Part shown: piece by piece, positions 50,829-63,221 of the stretch | Layout: each line of letters begins with the position of its first letter | Numbering within the stretch: position 1 is the first letter of the stretch | NCBI GenBank assembly: GCA_038087875.1 | Contig: CM075996.1 | Span: forward strand, 6,140,001 to 6,204,000 | DNA: 64,000 bases | Source of the DNA: Malacoraja senta | Taxonomy: Eukaryota | Reading direction: 5' to 3' | Made by a program: the position numbers and the translations under genes | Notes under the pieces: generated by a model | The model's input: the letters and a program-made list of their open reading frames with translations, nothing else | What the model was told of the DNA's origin: nothing | Database searches by the model: none

Positions 50829-52301
50829 CAGTGGCTTGCAAAAGTATTCATACCCCTTGAACTTTTCCACATTTTGTCACGTTACAACCACAAACGTAAA
50901 TGTATTTTATTGGGATTTTATGTGATAGACCAACACAAAGTGGCGCATAATTGTGAAGTGGAAGGAAAATGATACATGGTTTTCAAATTTTTTTACAAAT
51001 AAAAAACTGAAAAGTGTGGCGTGCAAAAGTATTCAGCCCCCTTTACTCTGATACCCCTAAATAAAATCCAGTGCAACCAATTGCCTTCAGAAGTCACCTA
51101 ATTAGTAAATAGAGTCCACTTGTGTGTAATCTAATCTCAGTATAAATACAGCTGTTCTGTGAAGGCCTCAGAGGTTTGTTAGAGAACATTAGTGAACAAA
51201 CAGCATCATGAAGCCCAAGGAACACACCAGACAGGTCAGGGATAAAGTTGTGGAGAAGTTTAAAGCAGGGTTAGGTTATAAAAAAATATCCCAAGCTTTG
51301 AACATCTCACGGAGCACTGTTCAATCCATCATCCGAAAATGGAAAGAGTAGGGCACAACTGCAAACCTACCAAGACATGGCCGTCCACCTAAACTGACAG
51401 GCCGGGCAAGGAGAGCATTGACCAGAGAAGCAGCCAAGAGGCCCATGGTAACTCTGGAGGAGCTGCAGAGATCCACAGCTCAGGTGGGAGAATCTGTCCA
51501 CAAGACAACTATTAGTCGTGCACTCCACAAATCGGGCCTTTATGGAAGAGTGGCAAGAAGAAAGCCATTGTTGAAAAAAAGCCATAAGAAGTCCCGTTTG
51601 CAGTTTGCCACAAGCCATGTGGGGGACACAGCAAACATGTGGAGGAAGGTGCTCTGGTCAGATGAGACCAAAATTGAAGTTTTTGGCCTAAATGCAAAAC
51701 GCTATGTGTGGCGGAAAACTAACACTGCACATCACCCTGAACACACCATCCCTACTGTGAAACATGGTGGTGGCAGCATCATGCTGTGGGGATGCTTTTC
51801 TTCAGCAGGGACAGGGAAGCTGGTCAGAGTTGATGGGAAGATGGATGGAGCCAAATACAGGGCAATCTTGGAAGAAAACCTGCTAGAGTCTGCAAAAGAC
51901 TTGAGACTGGGGCGGAGGTTCACCTTCCAGCAGGACAACGACCCTAAACATACAGCCAGAGCTACAATGGAATGGTTTAGATCAAAGCATATTCATGTGT
52001 TAGAATGGCCCAGTCAAAGTCCAGACCTAAATCCAATTGAGAATCTCTGGCAAGACTTGAAAATTGCTTTTCACAGACGCTCTCCATCCAATCTGACTGA
52101 GCTTGAGCTATTTTGCAAAGAAGAATGGGCAAAAATGTCAGTCTCTAGATGTGCAAAGCTGGTAGAGACATACCCCAAAAGACTTGCAGCTGTAATTGCA
52201 GCGAAAGGTGGTTCTACAAAGTATTGACTCAGGGGGGCTGAATACTTTTGCACGCCACACCTTTCAGTTTTTTATTTGTAAAAAAATTTTAAAACCATGT
52301 A
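50829..52301 (+). mobile_element. Tc1 IR/DR-type DNA transposon; transposase 51208-52227 with one premature TAG; right TIR runs into the gap
   Basis: TA|CAGTGGCTTGCAAAAGTATTC end; direct repeat GCAAAAGTATTCA inside the TIR; HTH, GRPPK, WSDETK, QQD-34aa-E; right TIR starts near 52231. Confidence 0.95.
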
Positions 52302-52501
52302 NNNNNNNNNNNNNNNNNNNNNNNNNNNNNNNNNNNNNNNNNNNNNNNNNNNNNNNNNNNNNNNNNNNNNNNNNNNNNNNNNNNNNNNNNNNNNNNNNNN
52401 NNNNNNNNNNNNNNNNNNNNNNNNNNNNNNNNNNNNNNNNNNNNNNNNNNNNNNNNNNNNNNNNNNNNNNNNNNNNNNNNNNNNNNNNNNNNNNNNNNNN
52501 N
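52302..52501. other. Assembly gap (200 N)
   Basis: Run of N; true length unknown. Confidence 0.99.
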
Positions 52502-55218
52502 CATACCCCTGATCCCTTTAGCCACAAGGGCCACATCTAACTCCCTTTTAAATATAGCCAATGAACTGGCCTCAACTACCTTCTGTGGCAGAGAATTCCA
52601 CAGATTCACCACTCTCTGTTCTGAACTTTCCCAACATCGGGAACAATCTTCCTGCATCTAGCCTGTCCAACCCCTTAAGAATCTTGTAAGTTTCCATAAG
52701 ATCCCCCCTCAATCTTCTAAATTCTAGCGAGTACAAGCTGAGTCTATCCAGTCTTTCTTCATATGAAAGTCCTGCCATCCCAGGAATCAGTCTGGTGAAC
52801 CTTCTCTGTACTCCCTCTATGGCAAGAATGTCTTTCTTCAGATTTGGTGACCAAAACTGTACGCAATACTCCAGGTGTGGCCTCACCAAGACCTGTACAA
52901 CTGCAGTAGAACCTCCCTGCTCTTATACTCAAATCCTTTTGCTATGAATGCTAACATACCACTCGCTTTCTTCACTGCCTGCTGCACCTGCATGCCTACT
53001 TTCACCAGGGTCTCTGCCATACCCCGCAACACTGCTCTCTCTCCCCATCCCCCACTCACAACAAAGGCAGAGTCCCCCTAGTCCTCACCTTTCACCCCAC
53101 CAGCCGTCACATACAACAAGTGATCCTCCGTCAGTTTCGCCACCTCCAACGTGACCCCACCACTCGCCACATCTTCCCATCTCCCCCCATGTCTGCCTTC
53201 CGCAAAGACCGCTCCCTCCGTAACTCCCTTGTCAATTCTTCCCTTCCCTCCCATACCACCCCCTCCCCTGGTACTTTCCCTTGCAACCGCAAGAGATGCA
53301 ACACTTGTCCCTTCACCTCCCCCCTCCACTCCATTCAAGGACCCAAGCAGTCGTTCCAGGTGCGACAGAGGTTCACCTGCATCTCCTCCAACCTCATCTA
53401 TTGCATTCGCTGCTCTAGATGCCAGCTGATCTACATCGGTGAGACCAAGCGGAGGCTTGGCGATCGTTTCGCCGAACACCTCCGGTCGGTCCGCAATAAC
53501 CAACCTGAACTCCCGGTGGCTCAGCACTTCAACTCCCCTCCCATTCCGTATCTGACCTCTCTGTCCTGGTCTCCTCCATGGCCACAGCGAGCAACACCGT
53601 AAATTGGAGGAAATGCACCTCATATTCCGCTTGGGCAGTCTACATCCTGGTGGCCTGAACATTGAATTCTCCCAATTCTGCTAGCCCTTGCTGTCCCTTC
53701 CCCTTCATCAGCCATCTGGTTGTCTCCTCCCCTCCCCCAGCCCTCGGGCTCCTCCTCCGCCTTTTTCCTTTTTTCCTTTCTTCTCCCCACCCCCTATCAG
53801 TCTGAAGAAGGGTTTCGGCCTGAAACGTTGCCTATTTCCTTCACTCCATAGATGCTGCTGCACCCGCTGAGTTTCTCCAGCATTTTGTGTACCTGCCTAC
53901 TTTCAATGACTGGTGTACCATGACACCCAGATCTCGTTGCATCTCCCCTTTTCCTAATCGTCCACCATTCTGATAATAGTCTACTTTCCTGTTTTTGCCA
54001 CCAAAGTGGATAACCTCACATTTATCCACATTATACTACATCTGCCATGCATTTGCCCACTCACCCAGCCTATCCAAGTCACCTTGCAGCCTCCTGGCAT
54101 CCTCCTCACAGCTAATACTGCCCCCCAGCTTTGTGTCATCCGCAAACTTGGAGATGTTGCATTCAATTCCCTCATCCAGCTCATTAATATATATTGTAAA
54201 TAGCTGGGGTCCCAGCACTGAGCCTTGCGGTACCCCACTTGTCACTGCCTGCCATTCTGAAAAGGACCCGTTTACTCCTACTCTTTGCTTCCTGTCTGCC
54301 AGCCAGTTCTCTATCCACATCAATACTGAACCCCCAATACCGTGTGCTTTAAGTTTGCATACTAATCTCTTATGTGGGACCTTGTCGAAAGCCTTCTGAA
54401 AGTCCAGATATAACACATCCACTGGTTCTCCCTTATCCACTCTACTAGTTACATCCTCGAAAAATTCTATAAGATTCGTCAGACATGATTTACCTTTCAT
54501 AAATCCATGCTGACTTTGTCCAATGATTTCACCAATTTCCAAATGTGCAGCTATCCCATCTTTAATAACTGACTAGCATTTTCCCCACTGCCGATGTTAG
54601 ACTAACTGGTCTGTAATTCCCCGTTTTCTCTCTCCCTAAAAAGTGGGATTACATTAGCGACCCTCCAATCCTCAGTAACTGCTCCAGAATCTAAAGAGTT
54701 CTGAAAAATTATCACAAATGCATCCACTATTTCTGGGGCTACTTCCTTAAGTACTCTGGGATGCAGCCTTTCTGGCCCTGGGGATTTATCGGCCTTTAAT
54801 CCATTCAATTTACCTAATTCCACTTCCCGGCTAACCGGGATTTCACTCAGTTCCTCCATCTCATTTGACCCCCGGTCCCCTGCTATTTCCGGATGATTAT
54901 TTATGTCTTCCTTAGTGAAGACAGAACCAAAGTAGTTATTCAATTGGTCTGCCATATCCTTGGTCCCCATGATCAATTCACCAGTTTCTGCCTGAAAGGG
55001 ACCTACATTTGTTTTAACTAATCTTTATCTCTTCACATATCTATAAAAACTTTTGAAGTCAGTTTTTATGTTCCCTGCCAGTTTTTTTCATAATCTATTT
55101 TCCCTTTCCTAATTAAGCCCTTTGTCCTCCTCTGCTGGACTCTGAATTTCTCCCAGTCCTCTGGTAGACTGCTTTTTCTGGCTAATTTGTATGCTTCATC
55201 TTTTGTTTTGATACTATC
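52502..55218 (-). mobile_element. Long CR1 LINE fragment (RT domain, frameshifted), interrupted by a Penelope-like element
   Basis: [46 protein letters not shown] and [13 protein letters not shown] motifs. Confidence 0.93.
53005..53893 (+). mobile_element. Penelope-like element 3' part with GIY-YIG endonuclease, 12-bp TSD
   Basis: PCNRKRCNTC Cys motif and NLIYCIRCSRCQLIYIGETKRRLGDRFAEH; TGCCTACTTTCA at 52993-53004 and 53894-53905. Confidence 0.92.
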
Positions 55219-55225
55219 AAGTCAA

Positions 55226-55421
55226 GTCAAGACTAAAGACTTATCTATACTCCCAAGCCCTTTCCTGACGTCCTCTGAGTGAGGGCTACATGTATATATG
55301 TATGTAGTTTGTTTTGTTTGTGCTATTCTTATAACAAATGTAAAGCACTTTGGCCAACGAGAGTTGTTTTTTAAATGTGCTATATAAATAAATGTGACTT
55401 GACTTGACTTGACTTGACTTG
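55226..55421 (+). mobile_element. Short 3' end of the same L2 family as 13685-14734
   Basis: Shares TGTAAAGCACTTTGGCCAACGAGAGTTGTTTTTTAAATGTGCTATA and the (GACTT)n tail. Confidence 0.85.
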
Positions 55422-56168
55422 ATAGGTTTAAGGTCAGGGGTGGAGGAGGAGGGGGGGGATTTAATAGGAACCTGAGGGGCAACTTTTTTACGGTTGTGGG
55501 TGTATGGAACGGGCTGCCGGAGGAGGTATTTGAGGCAGGTACTATTATAATGTCTCAGAAATATTTAAATGGATTTTTGGATAGGATAGGTTTAGAGGGA
55601 TATGGGCCAAACAGAGGTAGATAGGACTAGTGTAGATGGGGCATATTGGTTAGCAAGGGCAAGTTGGGCCGAAGGGCCTGTTTCCACACTGTAAAACGCT
55701 GTGACTCTATTACTTCTCTGTGCTCCTCTCATCAGCTGCTGTTGTTGGGGATGCTGTCTGATTATTATTGTATTATGGGAAGAAGACCAACACAGCAGCT
55801 CTTAGGAACCTGAGGACACACAGAAGCAGGCTGTTGGATTGGTGACAGCCACGACAATAAGTTGGGGGACTGGGACCTTGGACAAAGTTTAATTTAGTTT
55901 ATTGTCACGCGTACCAAGGTACAGTGAAAAGCTATTTGTTGGTAAAGTCCAATTAAAGATAGTCTGAGAATCTCCAGTGAGGTAGATAGTAGGTCAGGAC
56001 CGCTCTCCAGTTGGTGAGAGGATGGTTCAGTTGCCTGGTAACAGCTGGGAAGAAACTCCCTGAATCTAGAGGTGTGCGATTTCATACTTCTGTACCTCTT
56101 GCCTGATGGTAGAGGGGAGAAGAGGGAGTGAGATTGGTCCTTGATTATGCTGCTGGCCTTGCTGAGAC

Positions 56169-56662
56169 CATGATGGTGTCATCAAAGTGCGATGGTCTCA
56201 TCAAAGAATGATGATGACATCAAAGTGCAATGGTGTCATCAAAGAGTGATGGTGTCATCAAAGTGATGATGTCATCAAAGAATGATAGTGTCATCAAAAT
56301 GCGATGTCATCAAAGTGATGATGACATCAAAGTGCGATGGTGTCATCAAAGAGTGATGATGACATCAAAGTGCGATAGTGTCATCAAAGAGTGATGATGA
56401 CATCAAAGTGCGATGGTGTCATCAAAGAGTGATGATGACATCAAAGTGCGATAGTGTCATCAAAGAGTGATGATGACATCAAAGTGCGATGGTGTCATCA
56501 AAGAGTGATGCTGACATCAAAGTGAGATGGTGTCATCAAAGAGTGATGATGACATCAAAGACTGATGGTGTCATCAAAGAGTGATGATGACATCAAAGAG
56601 TGATGTTGTCATCAAAGAATGATGGTGTCATCAAAATGCGATAGTGTCATCAAAGAGTGATG
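56169..56662. repeat. Minisatellite of ~19-bp units with a 38-bp higher-order alternation
   Basis: GATGGTGTCATCAAAGAGT alternating with GATGATGACATCAAAGTGC. Confidence 0.92.
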
Positions 56663-56834
56663 AGATCTTTTGGGTAATTAGTCAAGAGGCTGAAGGACAG
56701 ATGTGACCACATGTTTTACCGATTGAAGGGAAATCACTGGGATATCCAGCAATCAGCATTGGGACCATTGTTTTTCCTGTTTTAAACAAATAATTTGGAC
56801 TTGGATCTGGGGGAGTTTTGTATGACACAAAATC

Positions 56835-56928
56835 AGTAGCGTGGCCATAATTAGTAGCAGGATTAATTAGGCGCTGGATTAAAGCTCCAGCCTCTTCGGG
56901 GATGAGGGTTCGAATCCCACTGCTGCCA
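56835..56928 (+). pseudogene. tRNA-Leu pseudogene (D-arm replaced, anticodon AAG>AAA), followed by a decayed SINE
   Basis: AGTAGCGTGGCC[insert]AGGCGCTGGATTAAAGCTCCAGCCTCTTCGGGGATGAGGGTTCGAATCCCACTGCTGCCA aligns to the tRNA pair. Confidence 0.85.
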
Positions 56929-58589
56929 TCACTGCTTGGGGCTGCACAGCTGTTGCCTCACAATGCCAGAGACTACAGTTCAATCCCAACCGTGGGCACT
57001 GTTTGTGTGGAGTTTGCGCGTTCTCCCTGTGACTTCCGGTTCCTTCCGGGTGCTCTGGTTTTCTCTTGCATCCCAAAGTTTGTAGCTTAATTGACCTCTG
57101 TAAATTGCCCCTAGATTGTAGGAAGTGGAGGCGAAAGTGCCATGACATTGAACTGGTGTGAAATGGGCGATCGATGGTCGGCATGGACTTGGTGGGCTGA
57201 AGGGCCTGTATCTTTCAATTAATCAACCACATTTCACAACCCAGTAAAAATGGATCAGAATGAATCCACATATAGATGTTAATAGACTCATTGGAGATCA
57301 CATTTATTGAGAAAGGTTGATGTAGTTCAGAAGAAACAGAAAGAAGAGGAAGAGTATTCTCCAAAGTGACGGTTAAAGGGGGGGGAGGGGAGCAGTGTGG
57401 GACAGAACGACATGCGTTACAAATCCATAAATCACTTATTATTGATGCGGCAGCACGGGTAACTCCAGGATTTTGTGTCCATCTTCTCTAAAAGAAGGAC
57501 GCTCAACGTTAAACTGTTCTCACTCTCCAGTTTTGAAAGTAGGCCAAAGGTTGGGGAGAAAGCAAAGAGCGTCTTCCTGAAGATTCATCTCACACACTCA
57601 GCCACACACTCATCTCCCTACTACCTTCAGGTAGAAGGTACACACAGGAGCCTGAAGACTGCAACAACCAGGTTCAGGAATAGCTACTTCCCCACAGCCA
57701 TCAGGCTATTAAACCTGGCTCAGACAAAACACTGAACTTTATTAGCCAATTAACTGTTATTTGCACTTTATCAGTGTATTGATTCATGTGTGTATATATT
57801 TATAGAATGGTATATGGACACACTGATCTGTTTTGTAGTCAATGCCTACTATGTTCTGTTGTGCTGAAGCAAAGCAAGAATTTCATTGTCCTATCAGGGA
57901 CACATGACAATAAACTCACTTGAACTTGAACTTAAAACTTGATTAATGGGATTCCTCCCAGACATGTTCAGAATAATGACGGAAACCGATGATGCAAGTT
58001 TGTGAGGAATTGTTTCCCCTGGCAAGTCAGTTGGCAACGCGGACACCAACTACCTCACCGAGGGGAGCCTCAGGAGGCTGTCGATTCTCAGATCAGGAGC
58101 AAACATTTTTAAGACTGGATATTTTTAAGGCGGAGGTTGACAGATCATTGATTAGTACGGGTGTCAGGGGTTATGGGGAGAAGGCAGGAGAATGGTGTTG
58201 AGAGGGTGAGATAAATCAGCCATGATTGAATGGCAGAATAGACTTGATGCGCCAAATGTCCTAATGCTGCTCCTATAACACATGAACTTATAAAAAACAA
58301 ACTGCTGGAAGAACTCTCTGAAGAAGAGAGCCCCAACCAGAAATTTTGTTTATCCATTTCCCTCCACAGATGCTGCCTGAGTTCCTCCAGGTCTTTGTTT
58401 TTTGTTCCAGATTCCAGCATCTGTAGTTTCTTGTGTCTCCATTTTGGTGGAAGAACTCAAGGGGTTCAGGCAGCATCTTTGTAGGCAAAAATGGTTGTAG
58501 ACGTTTTGAGTTGAGACCCTTCATCAGGACCTAGAGAGTAGAGGGAAACAGCTTGGATATGGTGATGAGAGGGAAGGGAAGGGAGGGAC

Positions 58590-58990
58590 AGGGGCAAGGA
58601 GGTGATGTGTGGAACCAGATAAAGGGGGGGGGGGGGGATGATGGTAGACGGAGTCAGGTGATGGGTGGAGGAACGTGGAGTGTTTGGCCTCAGCGTGGCA
58701 GTGGAGAAAGCCAAGGACAGACTTGTCAGTGCGGGAATGGGAATGGGAGTTGAAATGGCTGGAAACTGGATTCTTAAGGTGGCCCATTGCGAGAGAGAAC
58801 AGGTTCCCCGCTAAATGATTGCCGATGTAGTCTTGCCGATGTAGAGGGGGCCACATCATGAGCATCAAATGCCATGGACCAGGTTGGAGGAGACGCACGT
58901 CAACCTCTGCCTCATCTCGAAGGGCTTGTTTAGGTCCCTGAATAGTGGTGAGGGAGGAGGTGAAAGGACAAGTGTGGCACTTCCTAGAGA
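58590..58990 (-). mobile_element. Decayed Penelope-like GIY-YIG fragment
   Basis: KCHTCPFTSSLTTIQGPKQ and PVSSHFNSHSHS peptides. Confidence 0.7.
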
Positions 58991-59916
58991 ACCAAGTATA
59001 CCAAGAGGAGGCATTCACCCTATCGTTTCCCCTCATGATTTTATACACCTCTATATGATCGTGCAGGTGGCCCCAGGGAGATGGGAATTGGCCACGATGC
59101 CTTATCCCCAACTCGCTTCTTCACTGGATGACAACCAACTGGTTGACCAACCAACTGATTCCAACAGTCTGAAGATGTGTCCCGACTCGAAACATCTCCC
59201 ACGCTCCCTGACCCACTAGGCTACTCCAGCACCTTGTGTCTTTCGTTATTTACAGAGACTGTTCCATCCAAGGCCTTTCTCCAGACACACTAATCCTATC
59301 TTGCACACACATACTGTACATACTCACTGACTTTAAGAACAAGATGCAATCAATCAATACACCGAGGCTTTTCTCGCAGCAATAAAACAGTTTTAACCAA
59401 AGATCCGAGAGGAGCAATTTACACCGAGCTGTAGATGTGGAAGCCATGACAGTGTGGGGGCAGTCCGGTAAAATGGCGTCGACAATCACACACGTCATAC
59501 TACGCTTTTTTCGCTGAGTGGCACATCTTGCTCCTCTAGTATCTTTGGTTTTAACGTCACCTATCCATGTTTTCCAAAGAGGCTGCCTGGCCCGCTGGGT
59601 TACTCCAGCACTCTGTGTCTTTTTTATGTTGCAAACCAGCATCTGCAGTTCCTTGTATCTACTGTTTATATCATCCTGTCCTGTAACTTGCTTTTTCCCC
59701 CGCAAATGGAGTTTTGGAGGCGGAAATAACCTCTGTAATGTCTTTACAATATTGTCTTCTCCATGGGGAAAGACTTCTAAAGTCGCCATGTGGCCCTATG
59801 CTGCAGCAAAGAAGCAGCATCTCGTGCCTTGTGATCTTGGCCAGGAATGAGTGGCCATTCTATAGAGGTCATGACCAGGAAGGGGAGTGAGCACTCCTGA
59901 TCATGTCGCTCTCACT

Positions 59917-59929
59917 CGCCATCTAGTGT
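59917..59929 (-). promoter_or_regulatory. Candidate CTCF motif (ACACTAGATGGCG on the minus strand)
   Basis: Close match to the CTCF core CCAC(C/T)AG(A/G)(G/T)GGC in unique sequence; motif match only. Confidence 0.35.
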
Positions 59930-60593
59930 TCAGGGGTAGAATGACCCATAAAAATATCTGTGACCTTGCATTAAATATAGAAACATAGGATGTTGGCCCG
60001 TCAGAGGGTGGTGAATCTGTGGATCTTCAGCCAGAGGTTGGCGAATCTGTGGAATTCATTGCCACAGAAGGCCAGCGAGGCCAAATCAATGGATATTTTT
60101 AAGGCAGAGATAGATGCATTCTTGATTAGTACGGGTGTCAGGGGTTATGGGGAGAAGGCAGGAGAATGGGGTTGAGAGGGAAAGATAGATCAGCCATGAT
60201 TGAATGGCGGAGTAGACTTGATGGGCCGAATGGCCTGATTCTGCTCCTCTCACTTCTGAACTTATGAAGATGCTGGAATCTTGAGCACAATACTACTGTA
60301 AGTGCTGGAGGAACTCAGCGGGTCAGGCGGCAACTGTGGAGGGAGTGGACAGGCGATGTTTCGGGTCGGGTCCTTCTTCAGACTAAGTTTCTCCATCACT
60401 TTGTGTTATTGTCAAAATCCCAGCATCTGTAGTTTCTTGCGTTTGCATTAAATATGTCTGTTCAGAATTTGAATTATTTGCCATGTTCAGTTGGAGTGTT
60501 CCCAGGACAGACAGCCGAGGAAACTCCCCTCTCCTGCTGTACATTTCAACCGACTTCATGGCCTGGTTATTTGCAGAGAAATATATTAAGCCA

Positions 60594-60855
60594 GCACGGT
60601 GGCGCAGCGGTAGAGTTGCTGCCTCACAGCGCCAGAGACCCAGGTTCGATCCTGACTACGGGCGCTGTCTGTATGGAGTTCTTCGGTTTCCTCCCACACT
60701 CCAAAGACGTACAGGTTTGTAAGTTAATTGGCTTGGTGTCAATGTAAATTGTCCCTAGTGTGTGTAGGATAGTGTTAATGTGCGAGGATCGCTGGTCGGT
60801 GCGCCGAAGGGCCTGTTGCCTGTTTCTACACTGTATCTCTAAACTAAACTAAAAT
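60594..60855 (+). mobile_element. tRNA-derived SINE (HE1/V-SINE-like), internally deleted
   Basis: A/B boxes and (CTAAA)n tail. Confidence 0.85.
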
Positions 60856-62671
60856 AAATCTCATCCTTCATAAACCCCCACATTTTTTCAATTATGTTTT
60901 CCCTTTACCTTCTACTCTCCCCTCTGCTATCTCAGCAATGATCTGTCTGTCAATTGCCAACCCATTGAATTCAAAGAGTGGTAAATGGCGAGCTATAAAC
61001 TGACCAAAACGCAAAGTGCTGGGTTAAATCAGCGGGTCAGGCAGGATCTGTGGAAGCAAGGTTTTAGGTCGGGACACATGTGCAGACTATGGACTGGGGA
61101 CTGACCAATTTTGGGGACTGGCCAATTTTTGTGCCTTCCACCACAGTGATGAATGTTGTGGTGGATGTTTGTGTACATTTTTATTGTGTATTGTGTGTTC
61201 TTTTTTTATTGTACCGCTGCTGGCAAATTCATTTCACTTGCACTTTATGTGCAAGTGACGAATAAAACTTGACTTGACTTGACTATAAATAAATTAAATT
61301 AGACACAAAAAGGTGGAGGAAGTCAGTGGGACAGGCAGCATCTCTGGAGAGAAGGAATGGGTGACGTTCCGGGTCGAGACCCTTCTTCAGACCGAATGGC
61401 CCAATTCTGCTCCTATCACTTATGGAGACGCTGGAATCTTGAGCACAATACTACTGTAAGTCCTGGAGGAACTCAGCGGGTCAGGCGGCAACTGTGGAGG
61501 GAGAATGGACAGGCGACGTTTTGGGTCGGGTCCTTCTTCAGACTGAGTTCCTCTTCAGACTGAGCTCTTTAAATAAATTAACCCACTGAGTGGCGTTCAT
61601 CTCCATGATGTGTCAGTTCCGCTCATCCTCTGACTGACTGTGGCTGTGTGTTTACAATTATTATCTGTTTCTGTGTCTAGTTCCTTTTCTGTCGCTCTGC
61701 TCATTCAAATGTCTCTGATTGAGTTCCTTTTATTCACTGTGCAATGTATATGGTGGTTTCTTCATTGTCACGTTTGCAAAACATTTTTTTTTTGCATACA
61801 GCTCAGCAAGACTATCCTCACACATAAGCACAATCATCCCAGTGAGTGCAGTATGCACAGAACAGCCCGCCAAGTCCATGTGTAAGAGGTACTATTTTAG
61901 TCCCAGCTGCAGCTGGCCATAAAGCCCATTGCACCCAAGGTAGACACAAAATGCTGGAGTAACTCAGCGGGACAGGCAGCATCTCTGGAGAGAAGGAATG
62001 GGTGACTTTTCGGCTCAAGACCCTTCTTCCTTCTTCAGTCTGAAGACGGGTCTCGACCCGAAACGTCACCCATTCCTTCTCTCCAGAGATGCTGCCTGTC
62101 CTGCTGCGTTACTCCAGCATTTTGTGTCTATCTTCGGTTTAAACCAGCATCTGCAGTTCCTTCCTACACACAAGCCGATTGCACCCATCGCCTCCATTTC
62201 GTTCGTGCCAGGAGCTAGCACATACTTCAAATTAACAAACAAAGGCACTTTATTGCAAAATAACTTTGACTGTGCAAAAGAATATTTGTTGCAGCAAGCA
62301 TTTAATGGCCAATCATATCCAAATGATTGGGCAGTCTTGTAAGGGAAGGTGGACCTGAATGAGTCTACACTCTCCGAGTTTGGTCAATGGGTGTTAATCT
62401 GAATGCGAGGTCCTTAAAAGGAGTTGATGGGAGAGATGCCGAGGGAATGATTCTTTCCAAATGGAGTTATCTAGAAGTCAAGCTGAGTTTATGCGATGGG
62501 AGGGTGGAAACGGGTAGATGGGGAAAGGGGACAAAATTAGAAAACTGGAAGTGGATTGTAAGGAGAAAGGATGGCGGGGGGGGGGGGGGGGGAACGCAGG
62601 GGGTGAGGATTACCTGTAATTAGAAAAATCAATGTTCATACCATTGGGTTGTAGATCCGCAGGTGGAATAT

Positions 62672-63221
62672 TTTTTTTTTTATTTTTTTTTTAATTTTTA
62701 TTTATTAGAAGTACATTACATTACAACCACATACATTAATACTCGTCATTTATATCATCTTACAATTAATGTACTCCCTTTATTTATTTTTTTACACTAG
62801 AGAAAGAAAAGATTGAAAGAGAGAAGAAAGTGAAGGAAAAAGTGCAAGTGTAGAAAAGTGTAGAAAATGTAACAACAAAAAAGGACGAAGACCCTATAAG
62901 AGCGAAATTAAAAACAAAAAGAAAAAGAGTTAAGAAATAGGCCCTAAGAAAAGAAAAGAGAGAGAGAAAAAAAGAGAAACAAATGTTTTTTTTTGAGCAT
63001 CACGTAAATAGGACATACCAACTCTTCAACTATCATCCCCCCTTACCCGACCTCAATTTTTTATTTTTTTTTAAAGTACTTTTGCACCCTATGTTTGTAA
63101 TAATTCTATAAATGCAGACCACGTCAGGTGGAAGTGATCTGGTTTACCTGCTAGGAGGAGTCTTATCTCTTCAAGGTGTAATGTTTCAAACATATTTGAA
63201 ATCCACATATTTATAGTTGGT
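62672..63221 (-). mobile_element. L1/Tx1-like LINE 3' fragment with 13-bp TSD, inserted in a Penelope-like remnant
   Basis: Reverse complement of 17058-17603; GCAGGTGGAATAT at 62659-62671 and 63222-63234; poly-T start. Confidence 0.8.

Noticed and set aside
52196..52657. ORFs spanning X runs
   Set aside because: Artefacts of the N gap.
55715..55810. Minus-strand internal coding exon candidate with a good acceptor
   Set aside because: All three frames stop within about 45 nt, so it cannot be an internal coding exon; it could still be non-coding.
56169..56662. CRISPR-like array
   Set aside because: No unique spacers, no cas genes, vertebrate context; it is a plain tandem repeat.
59250..59850. 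179-aa and 110-aa ORFs
   Set aside because: They run through a Penelope-derived repeat, with no splice or codon support.
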